A stretch of 34,294 nucleotides of DNA, from positions 26,266,962 to 26,301,255 of the forward strand of contig NC_068998.1 of the NCBI RefSeq assembly GCF_001194135.2, given 5' to 3'. Source of the DNA: Octopus bimaculoides (lineage: Eukaryota). This document shows, one piece after another, positions 23,031 to 34,294 of this stretch. How positions within the stretch are numbered: the stretch's first letter is position 1; each line of letters opens with the position of its first letter. A program made the position numbers and the translations under genes. The notes under the pieces were generated by a model that searched no databases, was not told the origin of the DNA, and saw only the letters and a program-made list of their open reading frames with translations.

Positions 23031-25447
23031 ATGACTGTGCTGAGAATGAAGTGTGTGAATGTGCGTTGACTGGGATCAACTTGGAAGCAAAGTCATTTGC
23101 TCAATGGTCTCAGGTCGCTTGATCTAGATGTGGCTGCCTTTAGTGAAACAAGGATCTCCGGAAAACACGCTCTAGCATCCATTTTCGAGGACTACAAGGT
23201 ATTCCCATCTATCGGGAGTGGGTAGCGGTGTAGCAGAGCTACTCAGGAAATCCTCAGATCTCCAAGTACTAGCTATCTTTCTGGACCCGGATGGTAGGGT
23301 GGTGGTCTTGGACATGAATAGCAGCGAAGGCGGCGCCTTTAGACTGATAGTAGTTTATGCCCCAACAGGGGCTGGAAGGCCAGATTTCTTCAGGCGTCTA
23401 GAAACATTCTTGGGAACGTCTTGCACTTTAGTACTAATGGTGGACTTGAATATTATTTTGGACGCACGGAAGGACTGTGTGCGTTTAGTACATAGTAGAA
23501 GCGGTGGGGTAAAAGCCTCGCAAACCTACTCACGACATCCCAGCTTTCTGACAGGTACCGACAGGATTTCTCTGATTTGCCAGTGTGAACATGGAGCAAC
23601 CACAGTGGGTCATCCAGATCGTATTTACATAGAGTATTTGTTAGGTCAGAGTACAGGGATAGTATAGGTTGTCCACAATTTAAATTGTTCGGCTACGCAG
23701 ATCACAAATTTGTGATATGCACAGTCGATTTACATAGGACCCGTAGACAGGGAACCGGTTACTGGAAGATAAATGTGTCCTTACCGGCTCGCACAGACTA
23801 CAGGGACCGGATTAGCAAACTAGTTAAGCGATAGTTGACGGGGGTAGTCGTCGACAACTAGTGGTGAATCGCCCTGAAGAGAGCGATAAGAGTAGAATTG
23901 ATAGCGTGTAGCAAAGATTTAGTAATAGAAAAAAATAGATTACAGGGAGAAATAGTTAGCAAACTAGAAAAGGCTATTAGTAAAGGCATCACGACCTATG
24001 TGTTAGCGGCAAGCATGGCTCTTGACCATTTCTTTGAGGCGAAACACGAAATGTGCGTTGTCAGAGCTAAGGCTCGTGCGCTAAAACATGAAGGAAGTAA
24101 AGCCATCGGGGGGGGGGGGCAACGGGTGAGACACGATGTGTAAACGAAACTACGATCAAGTCTTTGACGGATCAGGATGGGCGCGTGCTACTCGGTTCTG
24201 AGCAGATGTGCGTAACTTTTCAGCAGCACTTTGTACAGATATTTGGGGAAAGTGCGGGGGTCAACGACAGTAGTGGATTTACTTTGTATTTGGACGGCCT
24301 ACCACGGCTCTCGGTAACAGACGCGAGATTCTGCGAAAAGCCGATTACAATCACTGAAAAACAAGTCACAGATCGTCCGGTTTGGATGGTCTACTCTACG
24401 AATTCTATATATTCATGCCAGAATTCTTTGGCAGTCTCTTGGCAAACGTGCGCTATCCCAAGCAGGTCTATCCACAACCTCTACCTTATGTGACACATCG
24501 TAGAGAGGTATGGAACTAAAGCTGGCTTCGGTGGGGCCCTGATCAATTTAGATCAATCGAAAGCTTTCGATAGGGTCGACCATCGCTACTTGGAAACCGG
24601 CCTTAAAGCGGCCGGTTTCGGGAGCCTTTTTTCGAGGCTGGATTGCTGCAGTACACAACGGAACGTATCCTAGACTGGAACGTGTCCTATTTATTTTCTT
24701 GTGGAAGGGACGTGTTCCAAGGTCAGGTGGTCAGTTTGTTTCCAACTCCTTTTGCGTGGCGGCTTAGGCATGTAATGGCTTTTGATGCGCAGACACGCAC
24801 TCAGGTTGCGCCACCAGCAAGAATCTCTAGAAGGTGAATGTGTGTAGGCTCTGTATTTGAGACACACCTTTCCGCAGCTCGTCTGTTAGCCGAGTCCATA
24901 ATGATGATTGCCCCGTCGCCCTCCTTTAATCGGACAGGCAAGGCATTTTTCCTTTGTTTGATGTCTGTGGCGAAAGAGTCTGGTGGATGAGGTTGAAAGG
25001 AATAAGGATAGAAACGTTCCTCTTTGGTAAATCCCTCATCGACTTTTCACGTTTCACTTAAAGGGAAAGTGAGGGTGGAGAGGGGAGTATCGTCCTCGAG
25101 TGAATTTATGAAAAAATGGGCGTAAGTTGCGAAAATGGCAAGAGTGGATGGTACCACTTTCAGTGTAGACCTGTGAATCAGAAGAAGGAAATTGGAGAGG
25201 ACATTCGTCCTTGCTATTCAGGGTTATCTTGGATGGTGGGGTTCCTCGATTATCCCTTAAGGTCTCCTATATCAGGAGGACCTCATCACTATCACTTTTT
25301 TCTTTCCCCTTCTTATTCTACTGTCGTATACTATGTATACTTCCCGTCTAATGTATACCTTTGTTTTTAATTATTCCATCATATGTAAACACCGTCGCTT
25401 TATTTCTGTTTTTGTATTGTCCCCTTCATCCTGGCAAATAAAAGAAA

Positions 25448-25448
<1 letters not shown>
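23031..25448 (+). mobile_element. L1/Tx1-clade LINE ORF2 (APE endonuclease + partial RT + C-terminus + 3' UTR), internally deleted and decayed
   Basis: CVNVR*L, DVAAFSET, VYAP, VDLN and DHKF (APE); GYWKINVSL; PGLDGLLYEFY; LDQSKAFDRVDH (RT). It then jumps to FLWKGRVP...RGGLGM, followed by KGKVRVER...KKW, a pyrimidine-rich 3' UTR and AATAAA at 25437. Confidence 0.9.
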
Positions 25449-25521
<73 letters not shown>

Positions 25522-25524
<3 letters not shown>

Positions 25525-25709
25525 TAGTCTTTTTTATAACGTGCTTCCACTGCATTACCGAGCGCAGTTCTGTTTGCCTTGGGTATGTGCTGTGGTTTGT
25601 TGTGATGCTCTTATGGTCACTGTTGAAAGTGTTTTGCGTAGGATGTGTGCGATGCTTAGTATGTGTGCGATGCTTCTGTATGTTATATATATTTGTTAGT
25701 CCTGGTGTT

Positions 25710-25713
<4 letters not shown>
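25522..25713 (-). mobile_element. 3' end of a second, Dong-type RLE retrotransposon embedded in (TAA)n
   Basis: Minus strand reads TPGLTNIYNIQK...(A)HILRKTLS, resembling the QKxxLLGTAHILRKxL C-terminus of R4/Dong proteins. The 3' UTR ends ACTACTGAATAATAAT. (TAA)n on both flanks; internal 18-nt tandem duplication (AGCATCGCACACAT). Confidence 0.75.
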
Positions 25714-25765
<52 letters not shown>

Positions 25766-25795
25766 CATCATCATCATCATCATCATTATCTTATT

Positions 25796-25945
25796 AAGGC
25801 GGCGAGCTGGTTGAATCGTTAGCACACCCGGCGAAATACTTAGCGGTATTTCGCCTATCTTCACGTTCTAAGTTCAAATTCCACCGAGGTCGACTTTGCC
25901 TTTCATCCTTTCGGGGTCGATAAAATAAGAACTAGCTGAGTACCC
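25796..25945 (+). mobile_element. SINE family B, 3'-truncated
   Basis: AAGGCGGCGAGCTGG...AGTTCAAATTCC...GCCTTTCATCCTTTCGGGGTCGATAAAATAAG. Confidence 0.9.
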
Positions 25946-26012
25946 CCTTTGGAGTGTGGGGGGAGGGTTACTCAATTGATGATGATGATAATTTCTACTG
26001 TAACACAAGGAC

Positions 26013-26073
<61 letters not shown>

Positions 26074-26303
26074 GTCATTGTTATTATTATTACAGTGTTG
26101 TTTGGCACAATCAAATAGAGTACGGCCTCAGAAAGGTATTTTGTAAAAAGTAGTCGCAAGCTGACTTACTGCCACTACTACTATCTCTATATTCACCAAT
26201 ATTATAAATATTATCAACATACTGCGACTACTACCATTATCATCATTACAACAGATTTCTCTTTCTTCATCGGTTTCTCGGAGTATGTATATGCGTGTAT
26301 ACA

Positions 26304-26335
<32 letters not shown>

Positions 26336-26359
26336 GATACGCACACAAACACACATATT

Positions 26360-26392
<33 letters not shown>

Positions 26393-26398
26393 GTGTGT

Positions 26399-26631
26399 TA
26401 TTTCTTTACTACCCACAAGGGGCTACACACAGAGGGGACAAACAAGGACAGACAAACAGATTAAGTCGATTATACCGACTCCAGTGCGTAACTGGTACTT
26501 ATTTAATCGACCCCGAAAGGATGAAAGGCAGAGTCGACCTCGGCGGAATTTGAACTCAGAACGTAGCGGTAGACGAAATACCGCTAAGCATTTCGCCCGG
26601 CGTGCTAACGTTTCTACCAGCTCGCCGCCTT
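26399..26631 (-). mobile_element. SINE family B, full length
   Basis: About 88% identical by eye to 25796-25945; extends to the tail ...GTCCCCTCTGTGTGTAGCCCCTTGTGGGTAGTAAAGAAATAA. Confidence 0.9.
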
Positions 26632-26854
26632 AATAAGATAATGATGATGATNNNNNNNNNNNNNNNNNNNNNNNNNNNNNNNNNNNNNNNNNNNNNNNNN
26701 NNNNNNNNNNNNNNNNNNNNNNNNNNNNNNNNNNNNNNNNNNNNNNNNNNNNNNNNNNNNNNNNNNNNNNNNNNNNNNNNNNNNNNNNNNNNNNNNNNNN
26801 NNNNNNNNNNNNNNNNNNNNNNNNNNNNNNNNNNNNNNNNNNNNNNNNNNNNNN

Positions 26855-26902
<48 letters not shown>

Positions 26903-27121
26903 TATGTGTGAGTGCGTGCGTGTGTGTTTGTGAGTATGTGTGTTTGTGTGTGTATCTATATGTATGTATGTATGTATGTATACATTCATACATATATATA
27001 CAAAAATGCATACAGAAATAAACATGCACAACGAGAGAACTTAGTGCCAAAGTACGTATTACGAATACATTTTATTTAATTATTATTATTATTATTTACT
27101 TCATATTCCGATCATTTGGTC

Positions 27122-27333
27122 ATTTCTAGTTTTGGCACGAAATCATCAATTTTAGGGGAGAGGTAAACCGATTTACATCGACCCAGTGTTCAACTGGTAC
27201 TTATCTTATCGACCCAGGAACGATGAATGACAATGTCGACCTCGATGGAATTTGAACTCAGAACGTAAAGGCAGACGAAATATCGCTAAGCATTTTGCCC
27301 GAAGTGCAAACGATTCTGGCAGCTCACCGCCTT
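27122..27333 (-). mobile_element. SINE family B, alternative 3' tail
   Basis: Same head and central segment; the tail resembles those at 6763, 22185 and 31541 (...GTGCCAAAA...TAGAAA). Confidence 0.85.
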
Positions 27334-28099
27334 ATTCCGGTCAGACATCAGAACTGAAGTTATGCCATAACAGGTGGTGTCATTGGATAAGTTCTTTACT
27401 CTGCCGTCGTATTTTGCCTTTGAAACTAGTGTGGAAGCGAATTGTTTACCATATTTTGACTTGAAGGGTATGCATTCTAATTAGCTGTTGTCTTTGTAAT
27501 ATTTCTCTTTGTGTGTGTTTGCCTGAATGTCTGGATGAATATATTTTTATGTTTACGCGTGTATCAGAGTCCACTTTAAAGTTATTAGTAATTAAGCGGG
27601 AAATATCATTTGGACGAAAGGGGAAATGAACGTGAAAATCAAATGTCATCTTGCAAATATTGATTTTTAAGTAGCTGGATGCGCATGTGTGGACATAAAG
27701 ACATTTGTTCCGTGTGTTTGTTTAGTATATTAGGTTGATGTGGAGATTGATAATGTTTCCAAGATACAATGGAGAGCGAAAGTATTAGAATGGGTATGAG
27801 TTGGGGAGTTGTCTAAGAATCACCATTTAATCATATGTGGTTTATTGCTATCAAAAATAATCTAGGTATTATGTGTCCATTTTTACTTTCTATTCCCCAA
27901 AATATGTGATAATATTAATAAAGTTTGCTCTCAAATAGGTCGACAGTCACATAATCAATGCCAGTTTCCTAGATATGACCGAGTGTCTGTATAGATGTGT
28001 GCGTGTGTTTGCGCGTGTGAGAGTGTGTGCTGGTGCATGTATGTGTGCTCGCGTACACGAGTGTGAGTAATCTGATACATGCATGCAAGAGTGTTTAAG

Positions 28100-28240
28100 A
28101 TGTCCGAGTCGTTACTATGATATTCCAGTTTTGAATGCACAGAGTAGTATCTTGGCTAGGTGCCTTTTACAACAAAATAGAACCAACCCAAGCACTGTGA
28201 GTAAAACTGTGGAGAGGAAAACTGTGGAAAGCCGTTGAAT
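28100..28240 (+). mobile_element. Possible degraded SINE family A copy
   Basis: TCTTGGCTAGGTGCCTT...CCAAGCACTGTGAGTAAAACTGTGGAGAGGAAAACTG loosely matches 11090-11165. Confidence 0.35.
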
Positions 28241-28559
28241 CGATGTACAGCGTGTTTAAGATATATAAAGTTTTCAAATAATGACGCTTTGTTTAATGCA
28301 CACATATGCAAATTGGGCTAACCATTATAATAAATAAATTCTGATGACTCTGTTTAAGAGACAAATATTCTATGCTATCGACAGGGGAAGGAAATTCAGT
28401 ATGTCTCATCTGAGAAACGACCAATAAATTGTTGAACGGCTTGTCAGAACTGTAACATATTTTCCCGTTCATTGAAAGCATGAACGTATTCACATTCTTA
28501 CTATTTCTTCTCCTGTTAGGCTGTAATATTTCTGAGCTTCTCATTCACGCTATGCTGTG

Positions 28560-28616
<57 letters not shown>

Positions 28617-29607
28617 TGTATATATATATATATATATATACTTATGCATGTGTGTATGTATGTACGTGGGGTTTATGTCCATATGATGTGCGTCTATGTG
28701 TATGTAAGTGTCAGTGTGTGTGTGTTTGTGTAGGCATTTAAGTAACTCATGTGTTTACATGTTTATCGTGCGATTAAAACTGAAGGTAAAATCTGAACAA
28801 AGACCAATTGCTGCAGAAAAGAACTAAAAAGGCAACCGTATTTATGTGTGTGTGTGTGTATGTTTGTGTGTGTGTGTATGTTTGTGTGTGTGTGCATGCA
28901 TATATGTGTGTGTGTTTGTGTGTGTGCTTGTGTGTGTGTCTGTGTGTGTGTAAGAATATATATGAAAGTAAAGGGGAGCGGATAGATGGATGAGTAAAAC
29001 AAGCAGCCAGCATCTACGAACTTCACCATCCCCATTCAGCCGCCAACCTCACAATCAACCACCAACGTCACCATTACCCACCACCAACAACATTACTAAC
29101 ATGTGATGTAAAACATACCATTATTTTGCTTAGGGTTAAAACGTCGAAGAAACTTTGAAAAGAATAAAACATGAAAATAATGACAAATAAAATTCAGAGT
29201 TAAGTAAATAAAGGTCGGGCATTCCTCATTAAAGTTAAAGAAACTCTGTGACTCATTCCATTAGATACCGAAATAGAAAGTAGAAGAAATAAACAGCATA
29301 ACAGCAATAACATCAACAGCTGCAACAAAACCAACAAACATAACAGCGGCGATAGTACCACCAACAACAGCAACAACAAAGCTGACATTTAGAAAACTAT
29401 CAAAATGAACTCTTCCAGATGTGTCATATCGTATTTATTATATGATTGAAGCATGGGTGTTTGAGGTATAGTTTAACATGTGTCCGTAATGTATGTTTAT
29501 AGGAATGGCGGACGAGAGACGGGTGCAGACATCTGACTTTGTGTGTGTCGTGGGGTGTACACACAAAAACACACTTATTTCTGTGTGGCAAAATATATGT
29601 ATAAACA

Positions 29608-29645
<38 letters not shown>

Positions 29646-29814
29646 TATGCATGTATGTATCTCTCTGTATACACATATGTATGTATGCATGTATACACAA
29701 TTGTATTCGAGAGTGGGTGGCAAAGGCCTAAAGCGTGTACGCATACATATATATGTGGAAGAGGTCGTAATAGTGTGTGCGCGTGAAATGTATGCACATA
29801 TGTATATATGTATT

Positions 29815-29845
<31 letters not shown>

Positions 29846-29848
<3 letters not shown>

Positions 29849-29890
29849 TAGATAGATAGATAGCTAGATAGATAGATAGATAGATAGATG

Positions 29891-29933
<43 letters not shown>
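29846..29933. repeat. (GATA)n microsatellite
   Basis: Direct reading, adjacent to (TA)n. Confidence 0.95.
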
Positions 29934-31540
29934 GTATATATATATATANNNNNNNNNNNNNNNNNNNNNNNNNNNNNNNNNNNNNNNNNNNNNNNNNNNN
30001 NNNNNNNNNNNNNNNNNNNNNNNNNNNNNNNNNNNNNNNNNNNNNNNNNNNNNNNNNNNNNNNNNNNNNNNNNNNNNNNNNNNNNNNNNNNNNNNNNNNN
30101 NNNNNNNNNNNNNNNNNNNNNNNNNNNNNNNNNNNNNNNNNNNNNNNNNNNNNNNNNNNNNNNNNNNNNNNNNNNNNNNNNNNNNNNNNNNNNNNNNNNN
30201 NNNNNNNNNNNNNNNNNNNNNNNNNNNNNNNNNNNNNNNNNNNNNNNNNNNNNNNNNNNNNNNNNNNNNNNNNNNNNNNNNNNNNNNNNNNNNNNNNNNN
30301 NNNNNNNNNNNNNNNNNNNNNNNNNNNNNNNNNNNNNNNNNNNNNNNNNNNNNNNNNNNNNNNNNNNNNNNNNNNNNNNNNNNNNNNNNNNNNNNNNNNN
30401 NNNNNNNNNNNNNNNNNNNNNNNNNNNNNNNNNNNNNNNNNNNNNNNNNNNNNNNNNNNNNNNNNNNNNNNNNNNNNNNNNNNNNNNNNNNNNNNNNNNN
30501 NNNTGAAGACTGCTAGCGGCTTTATCAGAATGAGTGAAAACTCCAATTCCTGTTTTTTTCTGTTTATTTTCTTATGTCTGCTGTACTGATGTTGGGTTGT
30601 TATAGTCGGAATCGGTATGGTACGACACTCATATTTATTACTCTTCTTCAACAGGACCCTATAGCAAGTTGAGCTTAGTAAACAGAAGTCATTTGTATCT
30701 AAAGAAGATGACGCATGTATACATAATAAATGGCACACAGGAAAATTATATTGATGTCTACACCAAAATATTATCAGCTATATGTTGCGGGATTAATATT
30801 CTTTTTTATCTGTGTAGAATTAACTGTTCAAAGAATAATAAGAATAGTTCAATAAGCGCCCCAATTTTGTGATGTTAGACACACTGAGCATTAGATTTCT
30901 GCAATAATATTCTTTTTCAAATTGGGTTATGGAATTCAGATCTAGAAACACGCTGGTGGTTTAGTGTTAAATTAGAAGAAAATAAACGTTAAATACAGTG
31001 AATCATTAAATAAACATCTTATGTGTGTGTGTGTGGGTGTGAGTGTTCGTGTGTATGTATCTCTTCCCTGTTTACTTATTTAGAATGTTTGCTCTGAGGA
31101 AGGAGCTGGGTTCTAACAAAAATACAAAGCTCCATAATTACAATGTGGCTAACAAAAACAAATTCACATTTTGAACTTGAGAGAAGTCTTGCATATCTCT
31201 CCTCTTCCGCTTACAGATTATATTTGTAACATGAGTGTGCGCTAGATGATTTCTTTTTCTGAAAACTCTAGTTTTTTTCCAGATTGTCACTTAGGCATTT
31301 AGTAACAAAACGCAGTATACCAGTTCTTTATAATCTGGGTATAGAAACTTAAAGTTTGGTTTCCGAAGAGATATTCACATCAACAAAGCAGCTGATATCT
31401 CCTACGGTATATTTGTTTTCTTTTCTCTTCCAAACAACGATATTCGTCCTTTATGTTTGCAATTAGAAGAATTTATGGAAATGTTTCACCAATATTCTTC
31501 ATGTTGATGTTCATGCTTAGCACATTTTATCTTATTTTAG

Positions 31541-31675
31541 GTTCTGAGTTCAAATACAGACATTGCTTTTCATCCTTTCGGAGTCGATAAAAGTACCATT
31601 TGAGCACTGGGGTCGATGTAATCGACTTATCCCCTCTACCAAGGTTGCTGGTCTAGTGCCAAAATTTGAAACCAT
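31541..31675 (+). mobile_element. SINE family B, 5'-truncated
   Basis: TTCTGAGTTCAAAT...TTTCATCCTTTCGGAGTCGATAAAAGTACC...GGGGTCGATGTAATCGAC..., ATT/ATC tail; a further small head fragment at about 31707-31760. Confidence 0.8.
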
Positions 31676-31913
31676 TATGATTATTATCATTATCATAAAT
31701 ACCACAAAGGTGGTGTGCTAGCACAAGCGGTGAGTTCAAATACCGTCAAGGTCGATTTTGGTGGTGGGGTAAGAATAAACTGCACATTAAATGTAACCAA
31801 CGTTTTATTGCGGTAATAACTACCCTCTAAACTGACAGAATGCTAGAGTGCTTGTCGAGAATCATACCATATATATGATGGTCGCTCCCGTCGGTTTCGA
31901 CGTAAGAGTGTTT

Positions 31914-32008
31914 GAAGGAGAGTAATAGAAAGAAAGGAGAGTAATAGAAGGAGAGTAAAACAAGGAGAGTAATAGAAGGAGAGTAATAGAAGGAGAGTAA
32001 TAGAAAGA
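31914..32008. repeat. 14-bp minisatellite, about 6 units
   Basis: Repeated GGAGAGTAATAGAA. Confidence 0.9.
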
Positions 32009-32293
32009 AAAAAGAACTAAGAAGCTGCATCTATTTGCGATGGATGTGTGAATGTAATTTGAGTCCAGGTATGGATTTTGTTATGACCTCCATGAGTTGA
32101 GTAAAGTTCTTACATATGTTTATTATATCGCGGCAAAGGAAGATCTCTCCCTCGATATAAGGATAAGTTGAAGAAATCATTAAAATCTCTTGAGATTGGT
32201 CATTGCCTATATATGTATGTATGAATGTATGCATGTATGTATTATGCATATATANNNNNNNNNNNNNNNNNNNNNNNNNNNNNNNNNNNNNNN

Positions 32294-32328
<35 letters not shown>

Positions 32329-32332
32329 GTGT

Positions 32333-32720
32333 GGAGGCGCAATGGCCCAGTGGATAGGGCAGCGGACTCGCGGTCATAGGATCGCGGTTTCGATTCCCAG
32401 ACCGAGTGTCGTGAGTGATTATTGAGTGAAAACACCTAAAGCTCCATGAGGCTCCGGCAGGGGATGGTGGCGAACCCTGCTGTACTCTTTCACCACAACT
32501 TTCTCTCACTCTTACTTCCTGTTTCTGTTGTGCCTGTAATTCAAAGGGTCAGCCTTGTCACACTGTGTCACGCTGAATATCCCCGAGAACTACGTTAAGG
32601 GCACACGTGTCTGTGGAATGCTCAGCCACTTGCACGTTAATTTCACGAGCAGGCTGTTTTGTTGATCAGATCAACTGGAACCCTCGACGTCGTAAGCGAC
32701 GGAGTGCCAACAAAAACAAC
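32333..32720 (+). mobile_element. tRNA-derived SINE, family C, apparently full length
   Basis: A box TGGCCCAGTGG and B box GGTTTCGATTCC at tRNA-like spacing, a body of about 300 nt and an (AAC)-like tail. It resembles described octopus tRNA-SINEs; the family name is not verified. Confidence 0.8.
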
Positions 32721-32785
32721 AATATGTATATGTATATATATGTATGTATATATAGAGAGAAATTGAGTGATATGGGAAATGATGC

Positions 32786-32824
<39 letters not shown>

Positions 32825-32967
32825 CATATACATATATGTAGAGAGTAATGTAAGCCTTGTAAAACATGCAAAACTGTTATACAGTATCATACATGTCGCA
32901 AGCATAATCCCATATAAAACTCAATGCGTTGAGAAGAGTAGTTATATATGTTTATTATATCACAAAC

Positions 32968-33047
32968 GATAACCTTACTCTAAGTTTAGCCCTGGGAGGA
33001 TCACGACAGTCGTGACCAGCTAAGGGCAAAACTTAGAGTAGGTAATC
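32968..33047. repeat. 80-nt imperfect palindrome
   Basis: TACTCTAAGTTT-A-GCCCT pairs with AGGGC-A-AAACTTAGAGTA; inner GATCACGA/TCGTGACC closes a CAG loop. Confidence 0.85.
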
Positions 33048-34294
33048 ATTTTCTAAGTATATATACATATATATATATGTATGCATCTATGTATGTGTAT
33101 ATATGTATAGATACTTGTATGCGTGTATATATGTATAAATACGTGTATGCGTGTATATATGTACAGATACGTGTATGCGTGTATATATGTTTATGTATGC
33201 ACGCACGCACGCACACACGCACACGTACATGTGCAACGTTTAAAAAATGACAAAGGAAAGGAATACGCAATCAGCTTCATTGTCTTACAGCTGTTTCTGT
33301 TATAGCGTTATAGGATGCAGTACAGCCAGAGATGAATGATTGTGTATCACCTTGTAGCTTCCTCAAAACTTCAGACTGTTAATATCGCTGTGCCTAAGCG
33401 AAATTAACATTAAATTCCACAGTTATACTCAGCACATTGGAAATCCAATATATATGTTTTCTTAGTTCACTTTGAATTTAACTAATTTGGGATGGCCTTG
33501 AAACGTTATATTACCATTTATTTTCGGATATATTAATTTCAATGATATTTTCTAAATATGGTGATACAACAGAAACGATTGTCGGTTTTGTATGGTGCAT
33601 TCAACAATTAAAGATGTGAATTTCTTTATCCGTACTTTTGTTGTCTAATACTCCGAATTCTTCGAAATTTTTCCAAATGATATCTGGATCTACTTGTCAT
33701 ACATGAGGACTTACTTTCGGTGTATATTCTACTTGCATTTGTTGGTGCCTGATAACTTGATGAAGTTGATTTGTGCTTTATTGATATCTATCTGGATTTG
33801 TTAATCGCCCTTTTTTTTTTTACACCTCCCGTGTTTATAGTCCTTTAGAACAGTTTTCGTAACTCCTTCGCATTAACCACTTTTGTCTTGACTTGCAACC
33901 CCAAGACTTTTTTTGTTATATATGTGTCCTTGTTATTAATTGTTGTCTTCGTGTGTCCCTAAGCCTTTATTCTGTTTATTGCTTTGTCCCTCGTCCGTCC
34001 ACTAACGATCGCGTTTTGTTACGCTTTGGTCCCATTCCCGGTAAGTTTCTTGTTGGAGCCTCCAGTGTGGAAGCAATATCATTGATAATGGCTGAAATTG
34101 CGTTTGACTCTCTTGCCGATAACTGATGAAGAATTGGTGGCATTCTGTGTTTTCAGTTCGCCTGTGTAATTAGTATATGTTCGTTTGTTTATTAACTACA
34201 TGTCTTTTTTTTTAATTCTATATATAGGTATGTCATATTTTCCATGTGTTGTTTTTTTATTTGATCCTGAAAAGAATTATATATATATATATAT

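Noticed and set aside
28341-28370. CTGATGA followed by a 4-bp stem (CTCT/AGAG) and AATATTC
   Set aside because: ACAAA replaces GAAA and there is no stem I; could arise by chance.
30645-30872. Possible acceptor (CTTCAACAG) followed by an open frame
   Set aside because: No donor site and no recognisable protein; open frames of this length are expected by chance.
31093-31170. CTGAGGA plus a GGAGCT/AGCTCC stem; related repeat at 10500-10572
   Set aside because: No GAAA or stem III, and the second copy lacks the core; treated as an unclassified dispersed repeat.
32333-32405. tRNA gene
   Set aside because: No clean acceptor stem or cloverleaf, and it continues into a SINE body.
34122-34158. CTGATGA with an AGAAT/ATTCT stem (hammerhead- or SECIS-like)
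   Set aside because: GTGT follows instead of GAAA; the SECIS apical AA and 3' GA are missing.

Overview
AT-rich, microsatellite-saturated eukaryotic DNA with nine N gaps and no host protein-coding exon I can support. The repeat families and gap style suggest an octopus (coleoid cephalopod) draft assembly; this is inference from recalled repeat families, not a database result. Nearly every long ORF in the supplied track is a microsatellite or N-gap artefact. The real content is decayed mobile DNA. There are four pieces of an R4/Dong-clade RLE retrotransposon, three of them sitting next to (CATA)n, and a second Dong-type 3' end embedded in (TAA)n. There is also an internally deleted L1/Tx1-clade LINE, two inverted copies of a CR1/L2-group LINE 3' end, an RTE-like tail, two mariner remnants, three tRNA-derived SINE families and a Helitron-like 5' end. 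The most interesting unexplained structure is a near-canonical type I hammerhead ribozyme (14573-14626) about 80 nt downstream of a 112-nt GNRA-capped hairpin. Further degenerate hammerhead motifs occur at 15263, 33282 and in a 235-bp inverted repeat whose arms share a perfectly conserved 36-nt CUGACGA-containing core. Together these suggest a family of Penelope-like or retrozyme-like elements. All alignments and folds were done by eye.
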